64,000 bases of DNA from a virus (Duplodnaviria; Caudoviricetes), in IMG/VR virus record IMGVR_UViG_3300046819_000361; one strand, given 5' to 3'. Below, in pieces: positions 1 to 8,330 of this stretch. Numbering within the stretch: position 1 is the first letter of the stretch; each line of letters begins with the position of its first letter. The position numbers and the translations under genes were made by a program. Below the pieces are notes generated by a model. That model worked only from the letters and a program-made list of their open reading frames with translations, did no database searches and was not told where the DNA came from.

Positions 1-948
1 CAACCCTGTAATGCTTTCTGGAATTTCGTATACAGTATTTACGAACATGATGATAGCCAATCCAAATATTGCATAGAATGCACCATGCTCTAGGTAAATG
101 AATTCATCAACAGTGCCCTTATCTACCATTAGTAATGTTAAGCTTCTTACGAATAACGCACCGATACCAAGGCCAATCATGATGATGAAAATATTGTTTG
201 TCAATGCTAATGCACCTAATACTCCGTCGAAACTGAAGCTTGCATCTAATACTTCCAAGTAAAGAAACGATGCTAACCCGGATTTGGCTACTGCACCTGT
301 AACCGTGCCATCATCAGTCCCGATTACTGCTTCTAAACCATCGACAAGAATGTACGTTACTAATCCGAATACACTTGCGACCAAGAATGCTGATGCTTCT
401 GTTTCATTATGTGTGGATCCGATGATTTTGTAAACAATATATACCAATACTAATGTAATTGCAGATTGTATTGCTTCAATTTTGCCTAATTTAGTGAATC
501 TTTCTTCAATTGGTTTAAGCCAATGCGTATCTTTGTCTTGATCGATGAAAAACTTTAATGCAACCATCATTAGGAATGTGCCACCGAAACCCATGACTGA
601 GGTATGGACTGATTCTAGCGCATGAGAATACTGTTCTGGGTCATTAACTGCTAACATGAATGATGAATATGGGTTAATTCCCAATGCAACTGATACAATT
701 GCTAATGGAAACACCATTCTCATACCAAATACAGCAATAGCCATACCCCAGGTAATGAAACGATGACGCCATATATCATCCATTCCTTTTAGAACTTGTG
801 CATTCACGACGGCATTATCAAAACTCAAACTAACTTCAAGAATTGATAGAACTAACGTGATCCAGGCTGCTTCGAGCCCACCGATCAAATATGCTAGTAC
901 GATACCGATACCAGCAATCAAAAAAGAACCTTTAAAATATTGTAACAT
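1..948 (-). CDS. DUF475 / TerC-related integral membrane protein (3' end outside window)
   Basis: Not in ORF track. Manual translation from ATG at 948: MLQYFKGSFLIAGIGIVLAYLIGGLEAAWITLVLSILEVSLSFDNAVVNA...; LEVSLSFDNAVVNA and a later LEVLDASFSFDGVLGA motif are typical of the family. Confidence 0.85.
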   Translation of the reverse strand, partial: MLQYFKGSFLIAGIGIVLAYLIGGLEAAWITLVLSILEVSLSFDNAVVNAQVLKGMDDIWRHRFITWGMAIAVFGMRMVFPLAIVSVALGINPYSSFMLAVNDPEQYSHALESVHTSVMGFGGTFLMMVALKFFIDQDKDTHWLKPIEERFTKLGKIEAIQSAITLVLVYIVYKIIGSTHNETEASAFLVASVFGLVTYILVDGLEAVIGTDDGTVTGAVAKSGLASFLYLEVLDASFSFDGVLGALALTNNIFIIMIGLGIGALFVRSLTLLMVDKGTVDEFIYLEHGAFYAIFGLAIIMFVNTVYEIPESITGL

Positions 949-983
949 TGGATATTACCTGTGTGTTTGTTAAAAGAAGCTTC

Positions 984-1011
984 ATTCTACCTGTAAATTC
1001 AGGTATGTCAA
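984..1011 (-). promoter_or_regulatory. sigma70-type promoter for the DUF475 gene
   Basis: TTGACA-16nt-TAGAAT; palindrome TACCTG-N6-CAGGTA (988-1005) fills the spacer. Confidence 0.6.
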
Positions 1012-1692
1012 TTATTTTTTAAACTTTCCGACCCAATCAGCAAATTCTTGGCTGATAATGTCTTCATATAAGTCTTCATCACTGATACTTTCGATATCAT
1101 CTATCTTCAAATAACCGGCATTTGGGTATTTTTCGCCCAAATATTCGATAAATGAGAAGTTCCCACCACCAATACCGATCAAAACCCAATATAAATCTTT
1201 AGATTGTGATTCTACGATAACCTTTTCAGTTGCTTGTTGATCGAAATTCTCGCCATCGGTGATGAAAATAGCTAATGATGGGTCAGTTGAATTAGATTTC
1301 TTCCCAAACAACTTCCCAAATAGGCCAGTTTGTACTGGTGCGGCACTATTAACGATGTCTTTCATGACTGGTGCATACTCTGTACCACCTTCACTAATTT
1401 TTTTGACGATTTCACGGTCAACAAAGTCTTCGATGTTGCTAATATTGACTGATGGCAGCTCAAATGAATCATTATGAAATGCCCAAATGTCAATAATTTT
1501 ATCTTTATCGATGTTCATACCAATTGCTAGCACTCGTTCTACCACATCTTGAACGACTTTGTTGCGATATAGGGTATTCATGGACCCACTGCGATCAATT
1601 GCCAGTTTTACTTGGCATGGAATGTCACGGATTTGTTTTTTAGTTAGGATGATACCTACTTTTTCTGCTCTTTTAGTTAAATCAATAGCCAT
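1012..1692 (-). CDS. vWA domain protein (TerF-associated vWA type)
   Basis: MIDAS motif DRSGSM, GGTEY and FITDGEN motifs; Ter-cluster context. Confidence 0.85.
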   Translation of the reverse strand: MAIDLTKRAEKVGIILTKKQIRDIPCQVKLAIDRSGSMNTLYRNKVVQDVVERVLAIGMNIDKDKIIDIWAFHNDSFELPSVNISNIEDFVDREIVKKISEGGTEYAPVMKDIVNSAAPVQTGLFGKLFGKKSNSTDPSLAIFITDGENFDQQATEKVIVESQSKDLYWVLIGIGGGNFSFIEYLGEKYPNAGYLKIDDIESISDEDLYEDIISQEFADWVGKFKK

Positions 1693-1721
1693 TTTTACTT
1701 ATCTCGGTTGATTGTTAAAAA

Positions 1722-2861
1722 TTAATGGGTTTTTGGTCCTGCAATAGTGGTCCGTCCAGCATTAGATGAAATGGAAGCATACATGCGCTTCATTTCATCC
1801 ATTCTCGATGCACTTTTAATTCTAGTTTCTTTACCAGTATTGTTTATTTGCACAATTTCTCCTAATGTACTGATTAGGTTTTGATGTACATGTTCTATTG
1901 TAGCATCATCTATCAATGAACGTTGGTTTAATTTTGCTGATTCAATTGAATTAGCACTAATGATGTTTGAATTGGTTTTAATTAGAGTATTGTTTGCATC
2001 ATCTACTGCTGCTGCTAATGCTGCACTTTTTCTTAATTCTTGACCATCTATATACATTCTGATTTGTCTTTTCCATAATGGAATAGTCATAGTTTTGATA
2101 TCATGGAATTTTTGGAGTAATGTTGCAGCACTATCTTCCATTTGACTAATTGAAGGTGCATTTTGAATAGCCATCATTTGAAATTTCTTCAAATAATCGA
2201 TTTTCTTCTCCAATCGATCTAAATTTTTTGTACTTCTATTAACTTCTTCGGCGGCAAGGAGATCTGATGCGTTAACCCGCATTTTTTCAATTTCTTTTGC
2301 CATTATTTGGTATGCTTCTTCTGCATCTTTGATCAAATTTTCTAATCTGTGATATTCATTCAAATTTTCACGGTATTGCACTTGCAGACCGTTTAATTTG
2401 GCAATAATTCTGTGATTGGCTTGATCAATTTCGTCAATAATTTTGTCCATTTGTGTGGACACATCAGTGAATTCTGCTGAAAGTTGTTCACGGACATTAA
2501 TAAACTTTTCTTTGATCTTTCCAAAGAGTTTTGAAATATTTGAATCTGAATTATTGTTCGTATTCAGGTGAAATGTCTTCGCCATTGTTAGAATACTAGT
2601 TAACTGTTGTTCAACGAAGTCAACGTCAGCATCTTTGACTTCATTTAATAAAGCTTCTGATTTTTTGGCAATATCTGACATAACATCCGCCCCGTAATCG
2701 ATAATCCCGGTTGGTGAATCAAATGTTGAAAGTAATTGGAGTACACGAGGATTGGATGCGCCTAAATCTGACAATTGTTTAGGTGAAACTGGTGTAAATG
2801 ACTGTTTAACTGAAACTTCAGTACCAGATGATGACACTTGAACAGGTTTAAAAGACTTCAT
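1722..2861 (-). CDS. Toxic anion resistance protein, TelA family
   Basis: Long coiled coil with TIPLWK motif and N-terminal IIDYGA; next to vWA and DUF475 genes. Confidence 0.8.
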   Translation of the reverse strand: MKSFKPVQVSSSGTEVSVKQSFTPVSPKQLSDLGASNPRVLQLLSTFDSPTGIIDYGADVMSDIAKKSEALLNEVKDADVDFVEQQLTSILTMAKTFHLNTNNNSDSNISKLFGKIKEKFINVREQLSAEFTDVSTQMDKIIDEIDQANHRIIAKLNGLQVQYRENLNEYHRLENLIKDAEEAYQIMAKEIEKMRVNASDLLAAEEVNRSTKNLDRLEKKIDYLKKFQMMAIQNAPSISQMEDSAATLLQKFHDIKTMTIPLWKRQIRMYIDGQELRKSAALAAAVDDANNTLIKTNSNIISANSIESAKLNQRSLIDDATIEHVHQNLISTLGEIVQINNTGKETRIKSASRMDEMKRMYASISSNAGRTTIAGPKTH

Positions 2862-2886
2862 AATACCCTTTTGAATGTGAATGTGT

Positions 2887-2915
2887 AAAAAGATAGTAGG
2901 GATTTCTCCCTACTA
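2887..2915 (-). terminator. Intrinsic terminator after the tmRNA coding piece
   Basis: TAGTAGGGA-GAAA-TCCCTACTA hairpin followed by TCTTTTT on the minus strand. Confidence 0.7.
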
Positions 2916-3260
2916 GGTATTTTTGGTTATAAGGTATTTCCTACCCCAGAATTCGCTGGTTATTAAGCAGCGATAGCATCAAAGATGCCATCTACAGTGT
3001 AGAATTCAAATTTAGAATCGTTTGCGATTACTATGTTTATGCTGATTAGGTCAGTCATATCTCCTGTTGCCTTCTCCACTATTACACCACGTCGAAACCA
3101 ACTGTCATTCCCATCATAAAAACATAGGTACTCCCCTTTGAAGGGGCAGGGAGTTTATGGCTATGGCCCCACTCTGATACCAACCTATGTTCTTATGGTG
3201 GAAATGCCCGGGGTCGAACCGGGGTCCGCAATGCCTTTATTTTGAAGGAATAACAACAAT
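2916..3260 (-). ncRNA. ssrA: tmRNA, circularly permuted (two-piece) gene
   Basis: Acceptor piece (about 3260-3196; GGAC-CCCGG-TTCGACC-CCGGG-CATTTCC-ACCA) precedes the coding piece that starts GGGAATG at 3112; 7-bp acceptor stem with G3:U70; tag frame 3025-2963 reads ANDSKFEFYTVDGIFDAIAA-stop-stop. Outer boundaries approximate. Confidence 0.9.
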
Positions 3261-3441
3261 TCTGTATATCTATACCGCACACCCTTGCGACTTCAGCCTG
3301 TTAAGGTAGAGCTACTAAATAGAAGTCATAGAGTTCTATATGTTCGCATAGATAAGTTAAATATCTAACTATGGTTCAATAATGGCGTACCACTCCTAAT
3401 CGTTTGTACTATGTACCGGATTTAAGTTAGACTATTTGCTT

Positions 3442-3469
3442 ATTATAGCATTATATTTATATTTGTCAA
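3442..3469 (-). promoter_or_regulatory. sigma70 promoter with embedded TATAAATA late motif, upstream of tmRNA
   Basis: TTGACA-16nt-TATAAT; TATAAATA lies in the spacer. Confidence 0.7.
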
Positions 3470-3472
3470 GAA

Positions 3473-3544
3473 TTATTTGTTACGTTTTACACGTGCTTTT
3501 GTTCTTGGTTGACCGGTTACTTTGTTATTTCTACTTCTAGCCAT
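3473..3544 (-). CDS. 23-aa basic micro-protein MARSRNNKVTGQPRTKARVKRNK
   Basis: GAGG ribosome-binding site, ATG to TAA, own promoter TTGACA-16-TATAAT at 3576-3603. Confidence 0.6.
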   Translation of the reverse strand: MARSRNNKVTGQPRTKARVKRNK

Positions 3545-3629
3545 TTTCGGTACCTCTGTTGTTTAAGATGAGCTTATTATACATCAGCCAAACGTGATGT
3601 CAAGCATTTTTTAATAAATACTACTATTA

Positions 3630-4106
3630 ATGGAGAAGTATGTGGACATAGGTATCCCTAATTTTGATTTTTTTAGTCTGGTACAACAAGCAGGATTCCC
3701 AATAGCCCTTGCAGTAGTGTGTGGTTGGTTTATTATGCAAGCAATTCAGTTAGTTCTGAGTTCTGTAGTTAAATCAATTAAAAAAATCATAGGTCTTATA
3801 AAATCCATGGACGGGCGAGTGAAACAGATGAATATCGATGTTTTAGACTTGGATAAACTGGTATCTAAATCACTAGAAGTCGATCCACTGCCATTAAAAG
3901 TACATCATGAAGTAGCAGCAGTTATGAATAGCCATGGTGAAAAACCGCCACCTCTACCTTCACCACCACCTCCGCCTGATGCTCCAAAAAAATCTTCAAT
4001 ACTTAAAAAGATTTCTGATGTGGTAGATGATGCGGTTGGAAAGGCACAAGATATTGTAGATGATGCTACTAAACTAGCAGAAAAAGTGGAGAAAATTAAA
4101 AAATGA
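3630..4106 (+). CDS. Small membrane protein (1 TM + coiled coil + Pro-rich tail), paralogue 1
   Basis: GFPIA TM motif; TAAATA late promoter upstream; true start may be GTG at 3642. Confidence 0.6.
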   Translation: MEKYVDIGIPNFDFFSLVQQAGFPIALAVVCGWFIMQAIQLVLSSVVKSIKKIIGLIKSMDGRVKQMNIDVLDLDKLVSKSLEVDPLPLKVHHEVAAVMNSHGEKPPPLPSPPPPPDAPKKSSILKKISDVVDDAVGKAQDIVDDATKLAEKVEKIKK

Positions 4107-4387
4107 GCCCAGAAACAGTAAAGTTTTTTTCAGATACATTAACTCCGATACTCGGTAGTTGTGTTCTAGGTGCTTTTATCTTTACAGCATTAAAGTTTGT
4201 ATTAGGTGATATTATTACATCGGTAAAGTCATTAGCTGGTATTGTAATGGCATTAGAAAACAGGGTTAAAACCTGTTCACACGAACTTATTAAAATCGAC
4301 GTTACTATATCATCGGTATTGGGATTACGCCCAGATTTAGATAGGATTTCGAGAATGGACGGGAAGGTAGACGCTCGCCGAGACTAA
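4103..4387 (+). CDS. Small membrane protein, paralogue 2
   Basis: TM helix then LENRVK coiled coil, similar to 3630..4106; ATGA overlap. Confidence 0.6.
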   Translation: MSPETVKFFSDTLTPILGSCVLGAFIFTALKFVLGDIITSVKSLAGIVMALENRVKTCSHELIKIDVTISSVLGLRPDLDRISRMDGKVDARRD

Positions 4388-4423
4388 TTATCGTAAAAAC
4401 GACGCACTTGTATAAATATAGGT

Positions 4424-5041
4424 ATGAAAACAATTAATTATAGAAAAATATACGAACAACATTATGGAAAAATACCAAAAGATGAAAACAATCGTTCATT
4501 TCAAATTCATCATATTGATGGAAATAGAAATAACAATGATATAACTAATTTATTGTGTGTTTCAATACAAGAACATTACGATATACATTATAAACAACAA
4601 GATTGGGGTGCGTGTTACCTTATTGGAAGAAAGATGAGAATACCGGTAAGTGAATTATCTGAACTAGTTAGGAATCAACAATATGTTAGGATAGCAAATG
4701 GAACACATAATTTACTCGGAGCAAATAACCCTGTTCATGCAAGAGTAGCTAATGGAACACATAATTTCCTTAAAGAAAATAGGTCACAAGAAGTTTGGAA
4801 TAAAGGGAAGACTAAAGAAACTGATTCAAGGGTTCGTAAAAATGCTGAATCCCGATCAAAAGTTAGATATAGTGAAGAAACTAAACAAGCCTTTAGAAAG
4901 CCAAAATCTGAGGCAGGGAAAATTAATATGAGATTAGGACAGTTGGGAAAAAAGTATCCTAAAATACAATGTTCTTGTTGCGGTAAAGAAATACCATCGA
5001 ATGCAATGGCTTCTCATATGAGAACACATACTAGGAAATAA
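4424..5041 (+). CDS. Free-standing HNH homing endonuclease
   Basis: IHHIDGNRNNNDITNL...EHYDIH HNH motif, ANGTHN repeats, C-terminal CxxC...HxxxH finger; TATAAATA at 4411-4418. Confidence 0.85.
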   Translation: MKTINYRKIYEQHYGKIPKDENNRSFQIHHIDGNRNNNDITNLLCVSIQEHYDIHYKQQDWGACYLIGRKMRIPVSELSELVRNQQYVRIANGTHNLLGANNPVHARVANGTHNFLKENRSQEVWNKGKTKETDSRVRKNAESRSKVRYSEETKQAFRKPKSEAGKINMRLGQLGKKYPKIQCSCCGKEIPSNAMASHMRTHTRK

Positions 5042-5045
5042 TTAG

Positions 5046-5324
5046 ATGGATATAACACAAATTGCTGATTTGATAAACCGATATGGATTTCCGATTATTG
5101 CGGCTGGGTATATGCTTCGGATGGTGAAATATGTGTGGTCATTCACTATTGATGAAATTAATCCTGTATTGGGGGAAGCAAGTAAAGAATTAATTACATT
5201 AATTGATCGTATTAGATTACTTGATAATGATTTATTGCGACTTACAGCGAAGTTAAATACAGTATTGCAAATGCGTGAAAATGCACAAAAGCAACAAACA
5301 AGGGGTAGTAATGAGAGTAAGTGA
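5046..5324 (+). CDS. Small membrane protein, paralogue 3
   Basis: YGFPIIAAG TM motif plus LIDRIRLLDNDLLRL coiled coil. Confidence 0.6.
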   Translation: MDITQIADLINRYGFPIIAAGYMLRMVKYVWSFTIDEINPVLGEASKELITLIDRIRLLDNDLLRLTAKLNTVLQMRENAQKQQTRGSNESK

Positions 5325-5601
5325 ATTTATAAATGAAGATTGGCAAAAAGTAAATAAAAAAGACAATACGGATGGTATGAGTCAAAAAGCAGTTAATTCT
5401 TATAAACGGGAAAATCCTGGTTCTAAATTAAAAACAGCAGTTACTACTAAACCTAGTGAGATTAAGAAAGGAAGTAAAGATGCCAATCGAAGAAAAAGTT
5501 TTTGTGCAAGATCAAATGGACAAAAAAAGATGCATAACATAGATTGTTCAAGCACACCTGATAAGCCAATATGTAAAGCTCGTAAACGATGGAATTGTTA
5601 A
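5311..5601 (+). CDS. Conserved basic phage protein (RRKSFCAR type)
   Basis: Start likely at 5311 (MRVSEFINED); NPGSKLKTAVT, RRKSFCARS and ARKRWNC motifs. Confidence 0.6.
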   Translation: MRVSEFINEDWQKVNKKDNTDGMSQKAVNSYKRENPGSKLKTAVTTKPSEIKKGSKDANRRKSFCARSNGQKKMHNIDCSSTPDKPICKARKRWNC

Positions 5602-5610
5602 GGAAACAAA

Positions 5611-6165
5611 ATGGGAATTGAAGATTTAGGATTAAAAGCAGCGAGGAAAGCTGAAGAAAAGCAAATATCCTCTGCTGGGGATAAAATCAAAAGTAGAGCT
5701 GGACTAGTAATTAATATTTTTGCTGCATTATTAGCTGCTAATACATATATCAGCGGAACATTGAACAGTACTATAATGAATAACACTATTAAAGCTAATG
5801 ATTTATGGAACTTTTATCAAGCAAAAAGTATGAAACAAACCATGTATGAATTAGCAGCATCAGATGCTGACACGCCTGAACTTTCTAAAAAGTTTTTAGA
5901 TAAGGCTGCCAGTTATGAAAGTGATCCAACCACACGTGAAGGAAAACAGGAGTTATTAGAAGATGCCAAAGCTTTGGAAGAAGCACGTGATGTTGCTAAA
6001 ACAAAAACACCTTGGATTTCTTATGCGAGTTCAGCATATCAATTAGCCATTGTATTATTGTCAACCAGTATATTATCAGCTAACATCTATTTGTTTTTTG
6101 GAAGTTTTATTGTGGCCGCCAGTGGTCTTGGACTAATGTTACAAGGAATATTTTTGTGGTGGTAA
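5611..6165 (+). CDS. DUF4337-like membrane protein
   Basis: N-terminal TM, DLWNFYQAKSMK motif, C-terminal QLAIVLLS TM pair. Confidence 0.7.
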   Translation: MGIEDLGLKAARKAEEKQISSAGDKIKSRAGLVINIFAALLAANTYISGTLNSTIMNNTIKANDLWNFYQAKSMKQTMYELAASDADTPELSKKFLDKAASYESDPTTREGKQELLEDAKALEEARDVAKTKTPWISYASSAYQLAIVLLSTSILSANIYLFFGSFIVAASGLGLMLQGIFLWW

Positions 6166-6167
6166 GA

Positions 6168-6249
6168 ATTGCCGTAGGACCGTGACTCTGTTACGAAGGC
6201 GATAGGTATCTACTACCTTTGGAACGCTGATTCGCTACCAGCGTTCCAA
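6168..6249. other. Multi-hairpin element between convergent genes (terminator or structured RNA)
   Basis: Stems 6168-6173/6198-6203, 6181-6186/6190-6195, 6204-6208/6214-6218 and an 11-bp stem 6219-6229/6239-6249. Confidence 0.45.
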
Positions 6250-6260
6250 GAAGTGTAGTA

Positions 6261-8330
6261 TTACTTACTAGTGGCAACAAATGTGCCATCCCAATCTTCT
6301 GGTAATGAATTACTGTTTTTGTATTCAGCAATACGATCAATCATCATTTCATAATAATGATCCATGTCACCATCAAACTCACATAATAATTGTTTACACA
6401 TTTCAGAAGCCACATCCCAATGTTTGCTTCGATAGGTATTTAACATTTGGTTGTGGTAAGATAATGCTGGATAATAATAATCATCATGATTAAAATCATC
6501 CAAATGGCTTAACACAGTAAAAATGTGTACTCCTTCTTTCTTACCTTTTACCGCGATTTTATCAAGTTCGATTATAAAGTATTCGTCTTTGATATAGTCT
6601 GCTGTCTTCGTGCCCAGAACGATTTTGACGCCGTATGGCTTGCTTTGGCCTTCAAGACGTGAAGCGAGGTTAACCCCATCTCCAAGGCAAGTATAATCAA
6701 AGCGCTGATTGCTACCCATATTACCAACAACGACAGTATCAGTGTTAATACCAAGTCCCATACCGAATGCAGGTACCCCCTCTTTCTCGATCTCATCATT
6801 AAACTCCTTTAAGTTAATTAACATTTGTAATGCTGTTTTTACAGCATGTTTTGCATGATCGGGGTCATCTAGTGGGGCATTCCAAAACGCCATTTGAGCA
6901 TCGCCGATATATTTGTCTAATGTTCCATCGTTTTCAATGATTTTTGCGGTCATAGCAGTCATATAACGGTTCATTATTTGTGTCAATCCTTGTACATTTT
7001 TACCATAATGTTCTGAAATAGATGTGAATCCACGTACATCTGTAAACATAATTGAAAGTTCACGTGACTCACCGCCTAATGTTAATAATTCAGGATTTTT
7101 CTGTAATTTTTCTACTAAAGCAGGGCTTAAATAAGTGCCAAATTGTTTTTTAATTTGTTGCTTTTGAAAGAATTCACTGAGGAATTTAACACCGTAAGCA
7201 TGTAAACCAACCAACACTATACCACTTACGAAAGCAGTTATGTCAAACAGATACAAATATGTTAAAAATACATAGTGACTGGCGAATACGGCACCAACTG
7301 ACAGTGCAATTATTGATGCTAGCCCAATATAAATCCATCTAGTGAGGAATAACAATATAGTACCAGTTATTAATAATACTAATACCTCCACGCCATCTGC
7401 ATAATCAGGGCGTTGGATAACAACCCCATTCATCATTGTTCCTATTACTGCTGCTTGTGCTTCATGTGGAAAGATAGCACCATTGGCAGTTGGTATTGGG
7501 TTACCAATCCCTGCTGCGGTTGGTCCAACAATGACGATCCCACCAATAAAATCGTAATCATCTGTGATAGTATTTAAACCTTTGTTGATAGACTTCTGAC
7601 TCCAATCAATCCAGATACGGCCTAAATTATCAGTAGTGATCGGTCCAAATTTAGGAATTCTCAGTTTTTCAACGCCATTTTCATTTAGTTTGATTTGGAA
7701 TGTAGTATCACCAGCCGCAACCCGTAACGTTTCTAAACCTAACGATGGGTATAACTTATCCTTAACTGAAACCACTAATGGCATTCTACGATTAACCCCG
7801 TCTATTTCTGGTAAGGTATTAACTGTGCCAACGCCTGCTGCTTCATCATTCAATATTTCAATATTTGAAATGATACCTGGGTATTGAATTATTCTATCAA
7901 GGAAATCTGGGCCTAATACAGCCGCACCTGGTACTCTTGGGGTATTTTTAGTAAAATCAGCTGGTATGCTTGGTAAAATAACCAAGTTATTTTTTAATGT
8001 ATTAGATAATACTTTATCCCCGCCCTGACGGTCAGGTTCTGGCATCAAAACGTTAAAAACGACCAACCCAGCGTTATGCTTATATAGATCTTCGATTATT
8101 TGAGCATATATATCGCGTTTAAATGGCCATTGTCCATACTTATCTAATGAGTTTTCATCGATATTAATAGTATAAATTGGATTATTTGTGATAGGTTTTG
8201 CTGAAATAAGCGTGTCAAAATATCGTAATCTAACACTTTCCACAAATTCTGGATCAGAAATTCGAACACTTAATATTACAATCAATGTTAATAATGCCGT
8301 CCAAGGGTTTAATAATATTTTTTTAATCAT
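6261..8330 (-). CDS. CHASE2-domain class III adenylate cyclase
   Basis: IDENSLDKYGQWPF CHASE2 start, 3 TM helices, FTDVRGFT, DKYIGDA and GDGVNLASRLE catalytic motifs. Confidence 0.92.
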   Translation of the reverse strand: MIKKILLNPWTALLTLIVILSVRISDPEFVESVRLRYFDTLISAKPITNNPIYTINIDENSLDKYGQWPFKRDIYAQIIEDLYKHNAGLVVFNVLMPEPDRQGGDKVLSNTLKNNLVILPSIPADFTKNTPRVPGAAVLGPDFLDRIIQYPGIISNIEILNDEAAGVGTVNTLPEIDGVNRRMPLVVSVKDKLYPSLGLETLRVAAGDTTFQIKLNENGVEKLRIPKFGPITTDNLGRIWIDWSQKSINKGLNTITDDYDFIGGIVIVGPTAAGIGNPIPTANGAIFPHEAQAAVIGTMMNGVVIQRPDYADGVEVLVLLITGTILLFLTRWIYIGLASIIALSVGAVFASHYVFLTYLYLFDITAFVSGIVLVGLHAYGVKFLSEFFQKQQIKKQFGTYLSPALVEKLQKNPELLTLGGESRELSIMFTDVRGFTSISEHYGKNVQGLTQIMNRYMTAMTAKIIENDGTLDKYIGDAQMAFWNAPLDDPDHAKHAVKTALQMLINLKEFNDEIEKEGVPAFGMGLGINTDTVVVGNMGSNQRFDYTCLGDGVNLASRLEGQSKPYGVKIVLGTKTADYIKDEYFIIELDKIAVKGKKEGVHIFTVLSHLDDFNHDDYYYPALSYHNQMLNTYRSKHWDVASEMCKQLLCEFDGDMDHYYEMMIDRIAEYKNSNSLPEDWDGTFVATSK

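Noticed and set aside
3172-3182. TGGTATCAGAG (minus strand) resembling a plant retrotransposon primer-binding site
   Set aside because: Short chance match inside the tmRNA intervening segment; no LTR or reverse transcriptase
3196-3230. tRNA gene suggested by the T-arm and CCA
   Set aside because: No D-arm or anticodon arm upstream; the matching 5' strand lies downstream with a tag ORF, so it is a permuted tmRNA
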